From Gnetum montanum (lineage: Eukaryota; Plantae; Gnetophyta), in assembly GCA_015680685.1 (NCBI GenBank), contig MNCI01002357.1, positions 305,384 to 369,383 on the forward strand: DNA of 64,000 nt, given 5' to 3'. Under the pieces are notes generated by a model. The model worked only from the letters and a program-made list of their open reading frames with translations. It was not told the DNA's origin and did not search any database. The position numbers and the translations under genes were made by a program. Each line of letters begins with the position of its first letter. Position 1 is the stretch's first letter. Shown here in pieces: positions 1-12,800 of the stretch.

Positions 1-822
1 AGATTTTGGTCCCGTTGATGTTTTTCAACTCTCCCATGTAGCTATTTCTCCTTCTTCTTTTACTACCCACTTAATAAGCTCTTGGATCTAATGGGTTCAT
101 AGTTCATATAGTTAACCTTGGGCATACGTTCCTAAGGTCTCTCTTGTTTCATTACATAGCCCATCAATAATATGGTACATTAGCCTTTCCTCGGAAAACC
201 CATGGCCTGGACAGTTGTTTAATAGTGAATAATATCTTTCTAAGGCCATGTCCAAGGGTTCATGTTTTGCTTGTTTCCACTCTTGGATGTGTTTCCTCAA
301 GGCTGACACTCTTGCATAGGTTTGATATTTTCCATTAAAGACCTCTACCATTGTTGACTAGCATTGTATTGAATTTGGTTTTAACGATCTATACCATACT
401 TTAGCTTGGTCAACGAGTGTCATAGGAAAGAGCTTAAGTTTTTGCCAGCTATTATCAATGTTATTCCATGTGTAGGCATCATAGAAGGCTAGTAAGTGTT
501 GTTGCGGATCTAAGTCATAGCCTCCTAAAAATTTAGGAAAGTTGTTTAAATCAAGCCTGGGTAGAAGGCTCTCTTTACGATGCCTACGTGAGAATCGAAC
601 AACATCTTGTATTTGTGTTAAGCTTGTAGCAGCCAGTGGGGCTTCATCATCATCAGGTAAGTTAGGCTTTCGTGTGTTGTGATGGCATTGTTTTTGTTCA
701 TGCTTATAGGAAACTCCCACTTTAGGTTGTATACTCCAATCTTCATCGTCATATAGCTCATTGGTTCTCCAATGAACTCCCTCACTAAGTGTGGCGTTAT
801 TATCATCTTGTAGGAGAGGCAT
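1..822 (-). pseudogene. gag: gag remnant (Athila-like), interrupted by stops
   Basis: FPKFLGGYDLDPQQHL...KLKLFPMTLVDQAKVWYRSL and LERYYSLLNNCPGHGF match the Athila capsid pattern (LFPFSL..A..W; CPHHG). Confidence 0.8.
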
Positions 823-934
823 TGTTATGTGTGAATTTATGTGACTTTTTATAATTACTTCTTTTTAAGAGATATAACGTTAAGTCCTTTACAACAACTT
901 TGTATGATATAACTAATCTAGATAACTAGCACCA

Positions 935-952
935 TCCCCGGTAACGGTGCCA
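935..952 (-). other. Primer binding site complementary to the tRNA-Asp 3' end
   Basis: Minus strand TGGCACCGTTACCGGGGA, 1 nt from the LTR; close to the Athila PBS TGGCGCCGTTGCCGGGGA. Confidence 0.8.
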
Positions 953-993
953 ATGATGAGTGGTGAGGTACCCCTACACTCAACCATACGAAA

Positions 994-1413
994 NNNNNNN
1001 NNNNNNNNNNNNNNNNNNNNNNNNNNNNNNNNNNNNNNNNNNNNNNNNNNNNNNNNNNNNNNNNNNNNNNNNNNNNNNNNNNNNNNNNNNNNNNNNNNNN
1101 NNNNNNNNNNNNNNNNNNNNNNNNNNNNNNNNNNNNNNNNNNNNNNNNNNNNNNNNNNNNNNNNNNNNNNNNNNNNNNNNNNNNNNNNNNNNNNNNNNNN
1201 NNNNNNNNNNNNNNNNNNNNNNNNNNNNNNNNNNNNNNNNNNNNNNNNNNNNNNNNNNNNNNNNNNNNNNNNNNNNNNNNNNNNNNNNNNNNNNNNNNNN
1301 NNNNNNNNNNNNNNNNNNNNNNNNNNNNNNNNNNNNNNNNNNNNNNNNNNNNNNNNNNNNNNNNNNNNNNNNNNNNNNNNNNNNNNNNNNNNNNNNNNNN
1401 NNNNNNNNNNNNN
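994..1413. other. Assembly gap
   Basis: Run of N. Confidence 1.
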
Positions 1414-1526
1414 TGGGACTACCAAGCGTAGCTCCTAGGTACCCCACTGGGATTACCAAGCGCAAATCCCAGATACGCCACTGGGTTACCAAGCATAGAT
1501 CCTAGATACGCCACTGGGCTACCAAG
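1414..1526. repeat. 33-34 bp tandem repeat within the LTR, probably extending into the gap
   Basis: About 3.4 copies of TGGGAYTACCAAGCGYARMTCCYAGRTACSCCAC. Confidence 0.85.
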
Positions 1527-2164
1527 TAGTCACACGTAAATGCTCATAATTAAATAACAAAGTGAATGCTGCAATGATGAAGTAATCTCGATCTTTATTG
1601 TCGGTCATGTGCATGTCCAAGTATGGCACACTCGAATAAACACACCGTACAATTACATTCACCACACTACGGGCAGACACGGGAAAAAATCTAACTCTAG
1701 AGGGATCAAACTGCTAGAGCTTCGCTACTCTAAAACTAGGATTCCCAAACAAGGGAGAGACGCATCTTATTTATAGATATGGCGGCGGACTGCGATATCG
1801 CGGCCTATGCAAATCGCATCTCATCAAAAGTGAAATTCATCAACAAAGAACTTTATATCATGGTTTCAATCAATTTAGAAAATATATATACATAAGCCTT
1901 AAGATATGAAATCGGTAGAAATGTATGCTGAAAACAAAAATGTATGGAATGTGATTCAAAATGGGTAATTAGAATATGAAATGCTTTGTTTGTGAAAGTT
2001 GAGGAGCATTATAATTTTGATATATGATAGACTTTTAAAAACATCTTGTTCATATAAATGCCCCTCAATAGAATTCTATGAAACAAGTATGTGGTAGTTT
2101 CAAACTAGAATTGGCACAATACCACAAAGTGGCCACCTTTACTTAAGTTACTATTTAATTGAGA

Positions 2165-2670
2165 AAGCTAGTTAAGATTTTATAAAGACCTTTATGATTT
2201 CCTCCCTCATAAAAGAAGCTTTGTGCAGTTCTAAGCATCTTTGAAGCTATGACCAATACCCCAATTTAGTTCTATACATATAACCAACAATTATAAAAAG
2301 AACTTTAATAGCTAAATGATGATGTGCAATGCTAATTAGCCAAAACCCCCTTGTTATTGGATGTAGTTTTCCCAAAAAGTTAAAACTTTGGAATATTTTA
2401 ACCAATTGAGATTAAAAAAGAGAATTAATCACTTAGTGAAATTAGGATAAGATTGATTCAAAATATCTCGATTTAAAATAAATTCATGAGGTAGCGGTAT
2501 CTCTTTCAAGTCTACCCCAGCATCTAGAAGTTGGTTAATTGGTAAAGAAACTTGAATTTGTGTCCTATCCAAGCTAGGGAATAAAGCCCTAATAATCCTA
2601 CTAAATTATGGTTTAAGATGAACTTCACTTGTTGGAACCAAACTAATTTTGGAGCATTGTTGTGATAATT
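2165..2670 (-). pseudogene. psaA: Nuclear plastid DNA (NUPT): degenerate photosystem I P700 apoprotein A1 fragment
   Basis: Across frameshifts reads [63 protein letters not shown]../[13 protein letters not shown]../HKGLYKILT, colinear with PsaA. Confidence 0.93.
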
Positions 2671-2754
2671 TAATATAAATTTACTATGTACATGTATAAT
2701 ATTATTTTTCATATAAATTTAAATAAATTATTACAAACCAAAACAATTAATAAC

Positions 2755-3024
2755 NNNNNNNNNNNNNNNNNNNNNNNNNNNNNNNNNNNNNNNNNNNNNN
2801 NNNNNNNNNNNNNNNNNNNNNNNNNNNNNNNNNNNNNNNNNNNNNNNNNNNNNNNNNNNNNNNNNNNNNNNNNNNNNNNNNNNNNNNNNNNNNNNNNNNN
2901 NNNNNNNNNNNNNNNNNNNNNNNNNNNNNNNNNNNNNNNNNNNNNNNNNNNNNNNNNNNNNNNNNNNNNNNNNNNNNNNNNNNNNNNNNNNNNNNNNNNN
3001 NNNNNNNNNNNNNNNNNNNNNNNN
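2755..3024. other. Assembly gap
   Basis: Run of N. Confidence 1.
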
Positions 3025-3337
3025 AATAAATTTTTTTAATTATAAAATTAATAATAAATTATTATTGATGTTATTATCATTACTACATAAAAAGACTTCT
3101 TAAAGCAAGGATTGATTTTGTAACTTTTGAAAATGTAGATGAATTGTGAATCTATATTTTTGACAAGGCACTTACAATGTAATGATAAAAGTTTTAATGG
3201 CCCTTGATGGGATTATTCAACATTCAAGCAAAATCCATTTCGCTGCCGCATGCTAGGTCCATTTTCATGAATTAGAAAGTCGTAATAGTTTAGGTAGATG
3301 CATGCCAATGTTCGTGTTCGGTAGACGGTTGGAATAC

Positions 3338-4533
3338 TTATGCCCAATTCCACCATAGATTCTCTTGATCTTCCATGGAAAAAGCAGAGGTACATGCTGT
3401 CGTCGATCCCTCCGGTAAGATGCCTTCCTTGATATTCAGGACGTGTTGTTCCCGAGTTTCTTCCTCTCCTTCGACGTGAGAAAAGTTGAAAATATTTGCT
3501 TCAAATGGAGAAAACCCAGTCGAACTTACATACCCTACAGTTGAAGAGTGTCCACTATCGATTTGATGAGGACTGTCCTCATCGAGAACCGCACTTGCAT
3601 CCATACCGGAATGAAGAGGATCCTCAGACATATAGCGCAAGAGCTGAGAATCCAATGGAGCGATCATCTCGTCTGAGACAACCTCGGACCTCACACTATT
3701 CTGAAGCTGCGAATTAGTATCCATAAGCACTTTATCGCTTTTCTCTTCTATGTCCTTCGTAAGGATTTCGAATCCTTTTTCTTTAGCGTGCAGTTTGTCT
3801 GTCAGGCAAATAACCTGCAGAAGTCCAATACTCGTTGTGAGACCAGAATTATAGGTTCCTTGTTAATCAAGCTTTCACACATGTTCTTAATGTGATTTCG
3901 ACCATTTTGCAAGAAAATTACATAACTAATGTAGAAAAACGATCTGCCCAAATGGCTTGAACATACTGACCTCAGCCCTGAGTTTTTCTGTCTCTTTCAG
4001 CAAATTGACATAATTACTTTTGAGAGTGTCGTAGCTTGATTTTAAAACACCATACTCTTTTTCGAGCTGTTTGGATCTCCGTTTGGTTCACCTATTCTGG
4101 AACCAAACAGTAACCTGCCTGGGCTGCAATCCCAGATCTCTGGCAAGTTGAGTTTTCCTCTCAGGCTCTAGCTTGTTGTCCACCTCAAAGCTTTTCTCCA
4201 GAACATGCACCTACTCCGCTATCAACCGTCTTTTCTTCTCTGGCTAATGAAACTCCTCTTCCTCTGTTTCCTCACCCTCCAGTTGAGTGTTGTAGAACAA
4301 CCTCTTGGATGAATTCTTTACCACTTCTTCAAAGCCGGCAATGGTTGCGCAACCTGAGGATCAACTTAGCCCTTTCAAAAAAAATTCAGAAAATGAAAGG
4401 ACAATGAAAACTACACAGAGAACTAAACCAGGTCCTACTTCAAGCAGAAAACGTTAAACGCACCTTGGAGGATGGAAACGAAGTCCTCGACGCGAGTCTA
4501 GAGGCTGCTGAAATTGAATTAAGAACCGGACAT
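3338..4533 (-). pseudogene. HD-Zip class I homeobox-leucine zipper gene (HAT5/ATHB-like), 3 exons (4533-4464, 4353-3971, 3814-3338), with premature stops
   Basis: [58 protein letters not shown].. plus zipper; GT-AG introns with consistent phases; Trp-rich acidic C-terminus (LWWNW); in-frame stops at 4519-4521, 4498-4500, 4244-4246, 4211-4213, 4088-4090. Confidence 0.93.
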
Positions 4534-5699
4534 CGTCGCATGTCTCAACCCTAAAATCAGCCCTGCCTTCAGTGCCTGCAACAACCACGATGACGACATG
4601 TGCATAGATAGATCTGTCGTTTGCTTGTTTCGATATTTGAATACAAAAATGTGATTGCAATGAGAAAAGATTCAGAGAAATATGAAGTTGAATGTAATGG
4701 GAGGAGGACAAGGAGAAGGAGCAGCAGCAGTGGAAGAAGCAGCAGAAGATGATGAAGCAGTAGCAACGAGTGGAGGTTAGGGCTTTATAAGGCGATTCCC
4801 GCCTTTTGGTAGCATGATTCCCGCATTTTGGCAGCATGATTGCTGGTGATTGCCAATCTTCTGACCGAAACCGCCTACCTGCCCAGATATTGTCGGCAGT
4901 TGGGCTACCTACCTACCTGCCCGGCTACTTCCCTTAGACAAATCTTTTCCCGCTAGCTTGTCTCAGACAAATCTTTTCCCGTCACCGTCTGCCAAAATGT
5001 AGAGTAAAATTATCCCAAATCATGATAGACAAGGAAATGAAATTTTAGTTGCTTGTACCCACATATTATATCTTGCAAATAAATCTAGAATCACTAAAAA
5101 ATTGTAAAATGACTTAGATATGATTAAGATAGTGAATACTCCCAATTCTGATTATTCAAATTCCAAGATTACGTAAAAAATGATGAATGATGTTGATGAA
5201 TATTAATGAATTGATGGTGAACTCGTAAAATTCTTGCTGAAATTATGTTGATGATTGCATGACATGAATTGCCAAGAGATGCCTTAGATATATATATGAC
5301 AAGTGGGGAAAAGTTTACTAAAAATAACATAATATAGCCCTAATGACAAAATAACCTTAAAATTATATATTCGTGTGTGTGTGTGTAGGGGCCAAAATAA
5401 CATTACAATTGACCATCAATTTGAAAATTTCACATATTTTTTTAAAATAAATTCCTATTATATAATAAAATCTTGTTCTCTAAAAAAAATAGTAGAATCA
5501 TATGTAAACCATAGCTAAGTGCATCATCACACACTAGTGAAGCACAAAAATCAATTGTGGCCTTGCATAGTAGGCTATGCAAAATGAACGTAGCCTATGC
5601 TAACCCTTGCATCTCTACCCCTACTCCTCTCAAAAGCATGGTGTTGATGCTTTTCTTTTATCATTGATAGTAATGAATTCTCGTACTTTTGCTATATCA

Positions 5700-6238
5700 T
5701 GCAACTATTTTTCTCCTTGCTACAAGTGTTGTGGTCAAGTTGGATGCTATCTTGCTACTTCATGGCCATTACCCTCATTAATTCCACCAAGCTAGATTAA
5801 GGAAAATTCAAGTAGCCTAGAGAAATGAATGGTCTAGTTTAGTAATAGTTTCAAAGATTTAATGGACCAATTCAACCCTTTAACCCTAGGATTCTATTAG
5901 GATACAATATTTGCTTATGCTATAAACAACTTAGCCCTATTAGAAAAGAGTGTCTAAAGTTACTTCAAAGGGAGAGCACTACATAGAATAGGAGAGTAGA
6001 ACCTATGGTACCAGATCCTAGGATCAACTAAGAAAATAGAGGAAGAGTTGCTAATAATCTTAGGATGGTTCAAGAGAATAGAAAAACTAACAATAATCAA
6101 GGAAGAGGTGGGAGAACTATGAATTAGTGCTAAATCTATGCTATATTAGGAAGAAATATATAGGAGGAACCTAACACTATGATTGAGACTAAAGGTATAC
6201 TTTATGCACAACCTATCCTTATTCTTTTCAATCCTAGC
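5700..6238 (+). mobile_element. Old Tekay/chromovirus-like Ty3/gypsy remnant, left part (zinc knuckle to start of protease)
   Basis: PCYKC.GQVG zinc-knuckle-like peptide; KGILYAQPILILFNPS continues as RHFFINSQIVERL after the inserted element. Confidence 0.6.
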
Positions 6239-8235
6239 TGTACCGCTTGAAATCGTCGGTGTCGGGCTGGAACGTTACGGGCACCGAAAGATTCACAGAC
6301 AAGCACAGCAGACCCTGCCTCCGCTTAAGGGCAAGCTGGAAATGGACAAAGGCAGAGTGCCTTGGATGGTCTGCACGTGGATCAAACAAGGACTTCCCCA
6401 ATGTTTGCCGCTACAACACGTTGGGTTATATGTAAACTGCAACTAAATGTAAACTAGTATGAAACGTACAGAAAATGTAAACGTGCGTAAACATAGAAAA
6501 CAATGTAAAATGTAATGAAAGCTGGCCAAATGTATCAAATGTATTGAAAAAGAGTGTGTACAAAGCATCAGTCTATACGCAGTTGTGGATCTACACAAGG
6601 CGGATGTATAGCCCTGGTTGATGAGGATGGGTGATGACAACTACTGGGAATTTCTACAGGCACAACATGAATGCTGTCTACTCAGCGTGCAGGATGTATG
6701 GCCAGCGTGTGAGATCTGTGCTCCCATGCTCTATGTGTGAAAATCACCAACTTCTCCCCTTTCTGATTTAGACAAAAATTTGGGTTTTTATATGATCTTA
6801 GAGTGTGGAATTTATATCTCAAGTGGGATGATTGGCTATGGGAGGCAAAATTTATGGATCTGGCAACAGGTGGGGTGTTGACCGATGCAAAAGAATAAAA
6901 TTTAACAAGTGTACAACGTGAACCATGCCAGCGTGTACACGCTGGGCGTATACGCCCCACACACTGGACAGTGTGTGGGCAAGCATGAAGAATTTCTGAC
7001 CAAATTTTGAACTGTGAAGCTATTTTTGAGCATGAATCTGGATGCCTAATTTCCTAAGGATGCTACTTGTCAATTTTGGGCTCATTTGACCTTGACTTGA
7101 TAGGGTTTTAGGAGGCTCCAAAAGTGTACAGACTGGGCATGCAGGCCAGTGTGTGGGCATGAAAACTGCAGTTTTGGAGCCTAATCTTGTACACTGGAGT
7201 TGGATCCTTGTTTCCTAAGTGTTGGTGGTTCTCCAAGGTGTTCGGGGGCTCATTTTGGCTTCATTTTAACTGATTTTTGGGCATGTTTCTAGTGTGCACG
7301 TTGGGCATGCACTCTGGGCATGTAGGGCCAAAAATGACCCTTCTGATACCTAAAATTGATGTTTCTAGAGCCTGTGGACTTGTAGATTCATTGACCATGC
7401 CTTGAGGGCCAACTCCATGTCAAAATATTGCCTAAAATGCCCAATCAACCTTGTTCAAAGTGTTGCATGCTGGGCTGCACGCTGGGCATGCAAGCTAGCA
7501 TACAGGCATGAAACTGCCACTTTTCAAGGTCAAAACTTGATTTTTGGGAGCCCAGGATGATGCGTGATGGTTTCCCTGGCTCTAAGAGTTGATTGCTTGT
7601 GAAAATCATGCTTTGAGTGCCTGTGTTGGTCTGTCTATAATGGTACATGCTGGGCATGCAGGCATGAAAACCCATCATTTAGAGCCCAAAACTTGATTTT
7701 TAGGAGCCTAAGAGCTGCTAGGGACCTTGGAGAAGGTCCAAGGGAGTCCAGACCTTCATTTCTGGCTTTTTTTGGTGAGTTTTTGGTGCTCAAAATTTGT
7801 TGCACGTTGGGCTGTACGCTGGTCGTGCACGCTGGCGTGCAGGAATGAAAACCCATCATTTGGAGCCCAAAATTTGATTTTCATGTGCCTGAGAGCTGCT
7901 GGGGACCTTGGGGAAGGTCTTGGGGGTCCATATGCTCAATTTTGGCATGTTTTAGCTCATTTTTGGGGCTCAAAAGTTGCTGCACGCTGGGCGTGCAGGC
8001 CCATGTGCAAGAAGTATACTTAGCTTTGGCTAAGTGTTTTGAGCTTGAAACTTGCAGTTCTTGTGGCCAGATGTTGATGTAGTCTCCAATGGATCTCGGG
8101 GAACTTTTACTTGCTTGATTCGACTCCTTTTGATGCTGTTTGTGAAGTTCACAAATTTTGGTCATACTAGGAAGCATCATGACTTAGCTCGATTCTTATC
8201 CGAAAGTGTTAGGTCCAAATTTTTGTGGTGTTTCA
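6239..8235 (-). repeat. 3' LTR of the non-autonomous element
   Basis: Colinear with 14283-16325; adjacent purine tract on the minus strand (ACAAAGAGGGGCCAA). Confidence 0.95.
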
Positions 8236-9400
8236 TTGGCCCCTCTTTGTTGATTCTTGGAGGAATCAACCTGAGAGGCATTGACAAAGAAGTAAAAAAC
8301 ACCACAACCAAACTGGTAGCAAGCATTGTCCTTTGGCACTTGGCCAAATGTCATCGCACTGTGTTCAGAAGTACCTGGGATTGGGAAATGAGGTTTTCAA
8401 ATGATGTCAACTGTGGGAATGGGAATTGATCAAGGGATTATGCTAGTGTGGGAGAGGAATATTTATGAATGCAAACAGGCCATGTTGGTTCTTGATAGTA
8501 GCTAGTATCTAGCATACCCGGAACTAATGCATGAGATGTATGCATCCTTTGGAGGAACAAGACTCTTGCATCTAGTTTAAGAGAACTTATTAATGCAACC
8601 AAAGCCATGTGATGACATAGCATGCGTTCTTTGGAGAAATAGGACCCTTGTTGTATTTCTAAGGGAACCCATTTTCCGTCAGCCAAACCACACAGTGAGG
8701 TGAAACATGATGGTTTGAGACACGAGTATTGCTTTCCAAGACAACTACCTTCCCACCTGGGGCTTGTATGGGAAGTGCCAAGGGTCTTGTGGTTCATGTT
8801 GCTCTTTGCTCTCTCTCTCTCTCTCTCTTTTATTTTTCTTTTTCTTTTTCTTTTTTGTTCTTTTTCATTTTTTTTGGAAAGAGCTTTCTTTCAATTTTAC
8901 ACTCATGCTCATATGTCGTGTTGTGTGTTGCAACTGCTTGAGAGTGTCATAGCATGAAACCATATGCTCAAAGTTTTGGGGTGTACTAGGTGTATCTAGG
9001 AACTATAACTAGGTAGGAAGGGGAACAAGATTGTTGGGGAAATGGAGACTGTATTGGGGACTGGAAATGTACTTTTGAACAGATTGATTAACCTGGTTGC
9101 GTGCATCAGAAACAATGTGATACCTTGTCACCGTGATGAAGTTTATCCATGTACAAGCACCACTGGGTGTCATCCTACAAACACAACTCCAAGAAGATAA
9201 GAAAACCATAAGTGAATGAGTTAGCGAACACTTCAGACATGAATGTGACTGATGCAAATGGAGGCACCATGTAAAACTTAAGGCAAACAAAATGAGCAGC
9301 AATAGTGTTGTCAGAGCCAGTGTGATGAACGATGCAGCAGGCATTGATGAAGAAATGTCATAAATTACAACAGCAGATGAATGTGCCAGAAATGATCTTG

Positions 9401-9668
9401 CTAGTTTATAGTCTTAGCGGACTGTCGTGGATTAGTTTTATGTCATAACCCGTTGGACATTGCTAGTTTATCGTTGTAGTGGATGGTACGATGCTAGTTT
9501 ATAATCGTGGCAGACTATGAAGAGGCAAGCTAGTTTATAGTCTTAGTGGACTTTGGTGAATCAAACTGTGGTAGTTTAATGTCATACCGGATGCTCTATG
9601 AAATCAGTTTACTGTCATGATGACAGGACTATTCTGTGGTATTAGCTTTAGATCGTGATGCCAGGACC
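9401..9668 (-). repeat. Array of YAGTTT-N3-GTC-N6-GAC hairpin motif units
   Basis: About 8 units such as CTAGTTTATAGTCTTAGCGGACT with variable spacers. Confidence 0.8.
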
Positions 9669-9804
9669 GTCGGTGTGGATGCATGCGTGTGCATCCGTAT
9701 GATCCTGTAAACAAAAGCAACTAGAGAAAACAATGTTATATAGCAACTGCAGAAAACATGAACTAAAATGCATAAGTAAAAAGAAAAAAAATGCAAAAAG
9801 ATGG

Positions 9805-9882
9805 TAGTTTAAGGCCATTTCGGGCCACAGTTTAGTTTAAGGCCTTTTCGGGCCATAGGCTAGTTTAAGGCCTTTTCGGGCC
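9805..9882 (-). repeat. Array of TAGTTTAAGGCC-N6-GGCC units
   Basis: 3 units just downstream of the gag-protease region. Confidence 0.85.
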
Positions 9883-12800
9883 ACGTGCAAACGCGTAAGC
9901 TGGTACCATGCAAATGAAGGTGATGTACTAGGTTGCTCTTGGAGGCGTTCGGTTTTTACCACTCGTTCGGGCATTTTAGCTTTAGGTGTTGTGTTTGTTG
10001 CCACGTGTGTTGCATCAAGAGGCTCTTCTTTCAAGACCTATGACATGTCTATGTTATGGTCAGCTTGAAAGGGAGTGTTCTCACCATGTATAATGACTTG
10101 TCCACCTTCGTATGGAAGGCAGATTTCTTGATGTATCGGTGAGGAAACGACTTGTTGTTGGGCTAGCCAAGGTCTACTAAGAATCATGTTGAAACTTGGC
10201 ATCTCTTCTATGATAGTGAATTCCATGTTGGTGGGGAATTGTTCACCTGCTACAAAGGCTAGGTTAATCTTGCCCTTGACTGTGACACGTGATCCGTTGA
10301 AGGATTTTAGACACGTGGTTTCTGTTGGCATGATCTCATTTGCCATGCCTAGTTTTTCGATGACGGAGTATAGAACTACGTTTGTTGCCACGCCATCATC
10401 AACATGCACTCTATGAATGGTACATTACCCAACACATATGCTAATTGAAAATGGAGCTATTGTGACCTCCCTTCGTTCGGGGTTGACTTTAACTACATCA
10501 TCACAGAAGGCTAAGGTGTTTGAACACAATCCTTGTGGTGTGTGTTGTGAAATCGTTGCACGGATGGATTCCATGTTAGCAGGGATGTCCTCTGTAACAA
10601 GAATGGATGCTAACGTTTGCGCTAAGGCTTCATGATGAGCTGATGATGTCATGACCAGGTCGTACAAGCTCATGGTTGTGTTCTTTTGTTTGAGCGTTTG
10701 TTTCACCTGGGCCAGTGTAGCTACAAAGTCTGTGTTGTTTGCCATTGCGTTGGTTGCCTGTGTATGGGTCGAGGGCTTGGGCCTAGTTTTTTTGGGACTA
10801 GGGGTAGGGCCCCTAGTATTTGGTTGTTGTGTACTAGGTGTGGCCTTTGTTTCAGTTGTGGATGTTGTTCGTTGTTCATTTGTCCTCTTCTGTTGCCATT
10901 TGGTAGGCTTACCCATGTTGTTGGCAATGTTGAATCTTGAGGGAGAAGAGGTTGAGACATTGCCTATGGTTGGGCTCTGGGTAGGTGAGGGGCCATTACA
11001 TGGTGGCACCTTTACGACAAATGGTAGTTTGGGAGGATTTCTTGGTGTTTGACTAGCTTGTTGTGGCATCTTGATAACGAAAGGTTTCTTTGCTGTTGTC
11101 ATTGGTGCATCATGCCAGTTTAACATCTTAGCAGATGACTGTGGTGGTACTTTGACCACAAAGGGTGCCTTTGATGCTCGGGATTGCATTGAATCTTGCT
11201 ACTTTAACATCTTAGTGGACATATGAGGTGGTGGTACTTTGACCATGAAAGGTTTCGTTGGTGCTCTAGGTGTCACCTTGATGATGATGGAAGGCCTCTT
11301 GCTTGTGGAGGCAGAGGGGATTGTTGCCTTGTTGGGAGGCACATGAATCACAAAAGGTTACTGCATAGGTTTAGGCTTACTATTGATGCTAATGGAATTT
11401 ATGACATAGGAGGCATCGTTTGTGCTGGGTTGATTCAGGGTGTTGATGTTCAGTTGGCCCCATTCTATCATTGCTTGTAGATCATCCTTTAATGCACGAC
11501 AAGTGTCGGTATTGTGACCGGACATCTAGTGGTAATGACTGAATTGGTCTAACTTGAAATGTCATGGAACTGGGGGCTCATTTGGTGCTACTAAGGTGGG
11601 ATTCCTTAGTAGCTCATAGTACCTTTCGTGTCGACGACGAGCATTCTCTGCTACTTGTTTGTATTGGATTTGCCCAGTTTTAAGGAGTTGGTCAAATAAT
11701 TGTAAAGGTTTCATGGGCAATGGTGTGTACTGAGAGGGGTTTCTCCTCTCAAAGTTTCTCGCCTGACTCTGTGTAGCATTTTGTGATGTGGACAGTCTAG
11801 GTGTAGCAGCAGGGATAGGTCTAGTATAGCCAGTAGGGGCGGTGGGTGGTTTACCTTGTTGTATCGTACTTGTCTATTAGGTTTCCGCTACTGCTGCTAC
11901 TATTGCCTTAGCCGTTTCTTTGTCTTTTTTTAGTGTGTTGATTTTTAAAGGCTAAGTATGCAAGGTCATGGATATTTTGGGCCGCCTCTTCTATGTTCTT
12001 TATTTGCACGAAGGCTTGGCTTAGAGTGCACGCGTTCAAATAGTACAATTTAAATTCCATGAAATCATTTACAGCTCCCTTTAGGATGGTGAGTAAGTAT
12101 GTTTTAGGGATTGGTTCATGAAGTTTGTTTAGCGTAGCACTCCATCTCTGAATAAATTTTTGTACAGGTTCCAGCAGTGCTTGTTTTACTTGTATCAGGC
12201 TATCTAGGGTTGCTTCAGGCTTCAGGTTGTATTTAAACCTAGTAACGAATTGGTGTAGGAGATCCTCCAAAGAGGATATGGAGTTACGAGGCAAGGCTCA
12301 GTACTAGTCTAAAGCTCTCCCAGTGAGGGACATGGCAAAAATGCGTAAGATTGCATGGGGCCATGCCTGACGTAGTAAACATTCTAGTCTAAGCGTGACT
12401 AGATGGGCATTGGGGTCCCCTTCCCTATTGTATTTGATTAGTTGAGGCAAAGAAACTCCTTTGGGCAAGGTCAATGGTGGAACCAAAGAGCTAATAGGAT
12501 CATCTTGGTAAAATTCTAATACTTTAAGCTCTTCGTTGTTGACTGTTTTGAGGAGTTTTACCTCATCAGTGAGTTCTTGCATTAGATTTTTAGCTTCGGC
12601 CCAGTCTTGGGCACCAGGTGACATGGCAGGTGGGTTATATTGTGTAGTATGAAAGTTAGATTGTTGTATGGTGGACGGGAAAGAGGAAAGTTGAGTGGTC
12701 GGAGGTTGTGCTTGCGGAATATTCATGGTAGGCACTATTAAGGGTGCCATACTATAAGGAAAGGGTTGTTGTTATTGTTGCTGTGGTACTTGAGGGATGT

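Larger units (their letters stand above)
1..1826 (-). mobile_element. 5' part of an Athila-like Ty3/gypsy LTR retrotransposon (LTR, tRNA-Asp PBS, decayed gag); continues left of the window
   Basis: LTR bounded by TGATGAG...CTCATCA; Athila-type PBS; Retrotrans_gag-like peptides; the duplicated flank at 27476 lacks this insertion. Confidence 0.85.
954..1826 (-). repeat. 5' LTR of the Athila-like element (contains an N gap)
   Basis: TG...CA ends with 7-bp terminal inverted repeat TGATGAG/CTCATCA; minus-strand CTATAAATA near 1770. Confidence 0.8.
1827..3934. repeat. Segmental duplication copy A (pairs with 27476-29608)
   Basis: Near-identical text from AAAGTGAAATTCATCAACAAAG to ATTACATAACT(A/C)ATGTAG; includes the psaA fragment and the HD-Zip last exon. 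Confidence 0.95.

Noticed and set aside
913-1505. ORFs spanning N runs (also 2686-3039 and 28180-28796)
   Set aside because: Artefacts of assembly gaps
4088-4521. U-to-C RNA editing rescuing the HD-Zip stops
   Set aside because: Such editing is organellar; the same C>T/G>A stops pervade neighbouring TEs and copy B, which fits methylation decay
4440-4541. AtHB1-type conserved peptide uORF (frame MRRCPVLNSISAASRLASRTSFPSSK)
   Set aside because: Only a few residues resemble the known peptide, and it overlaps the frame that splices in phase to the homeodomain
9805-9882. Histone-type 3' stem-loop (GGCCTTTTCGGGCC)
   Set aside because: Stem and loop geometry differ, there is no histone gene, and it is one variant of the wider array motif
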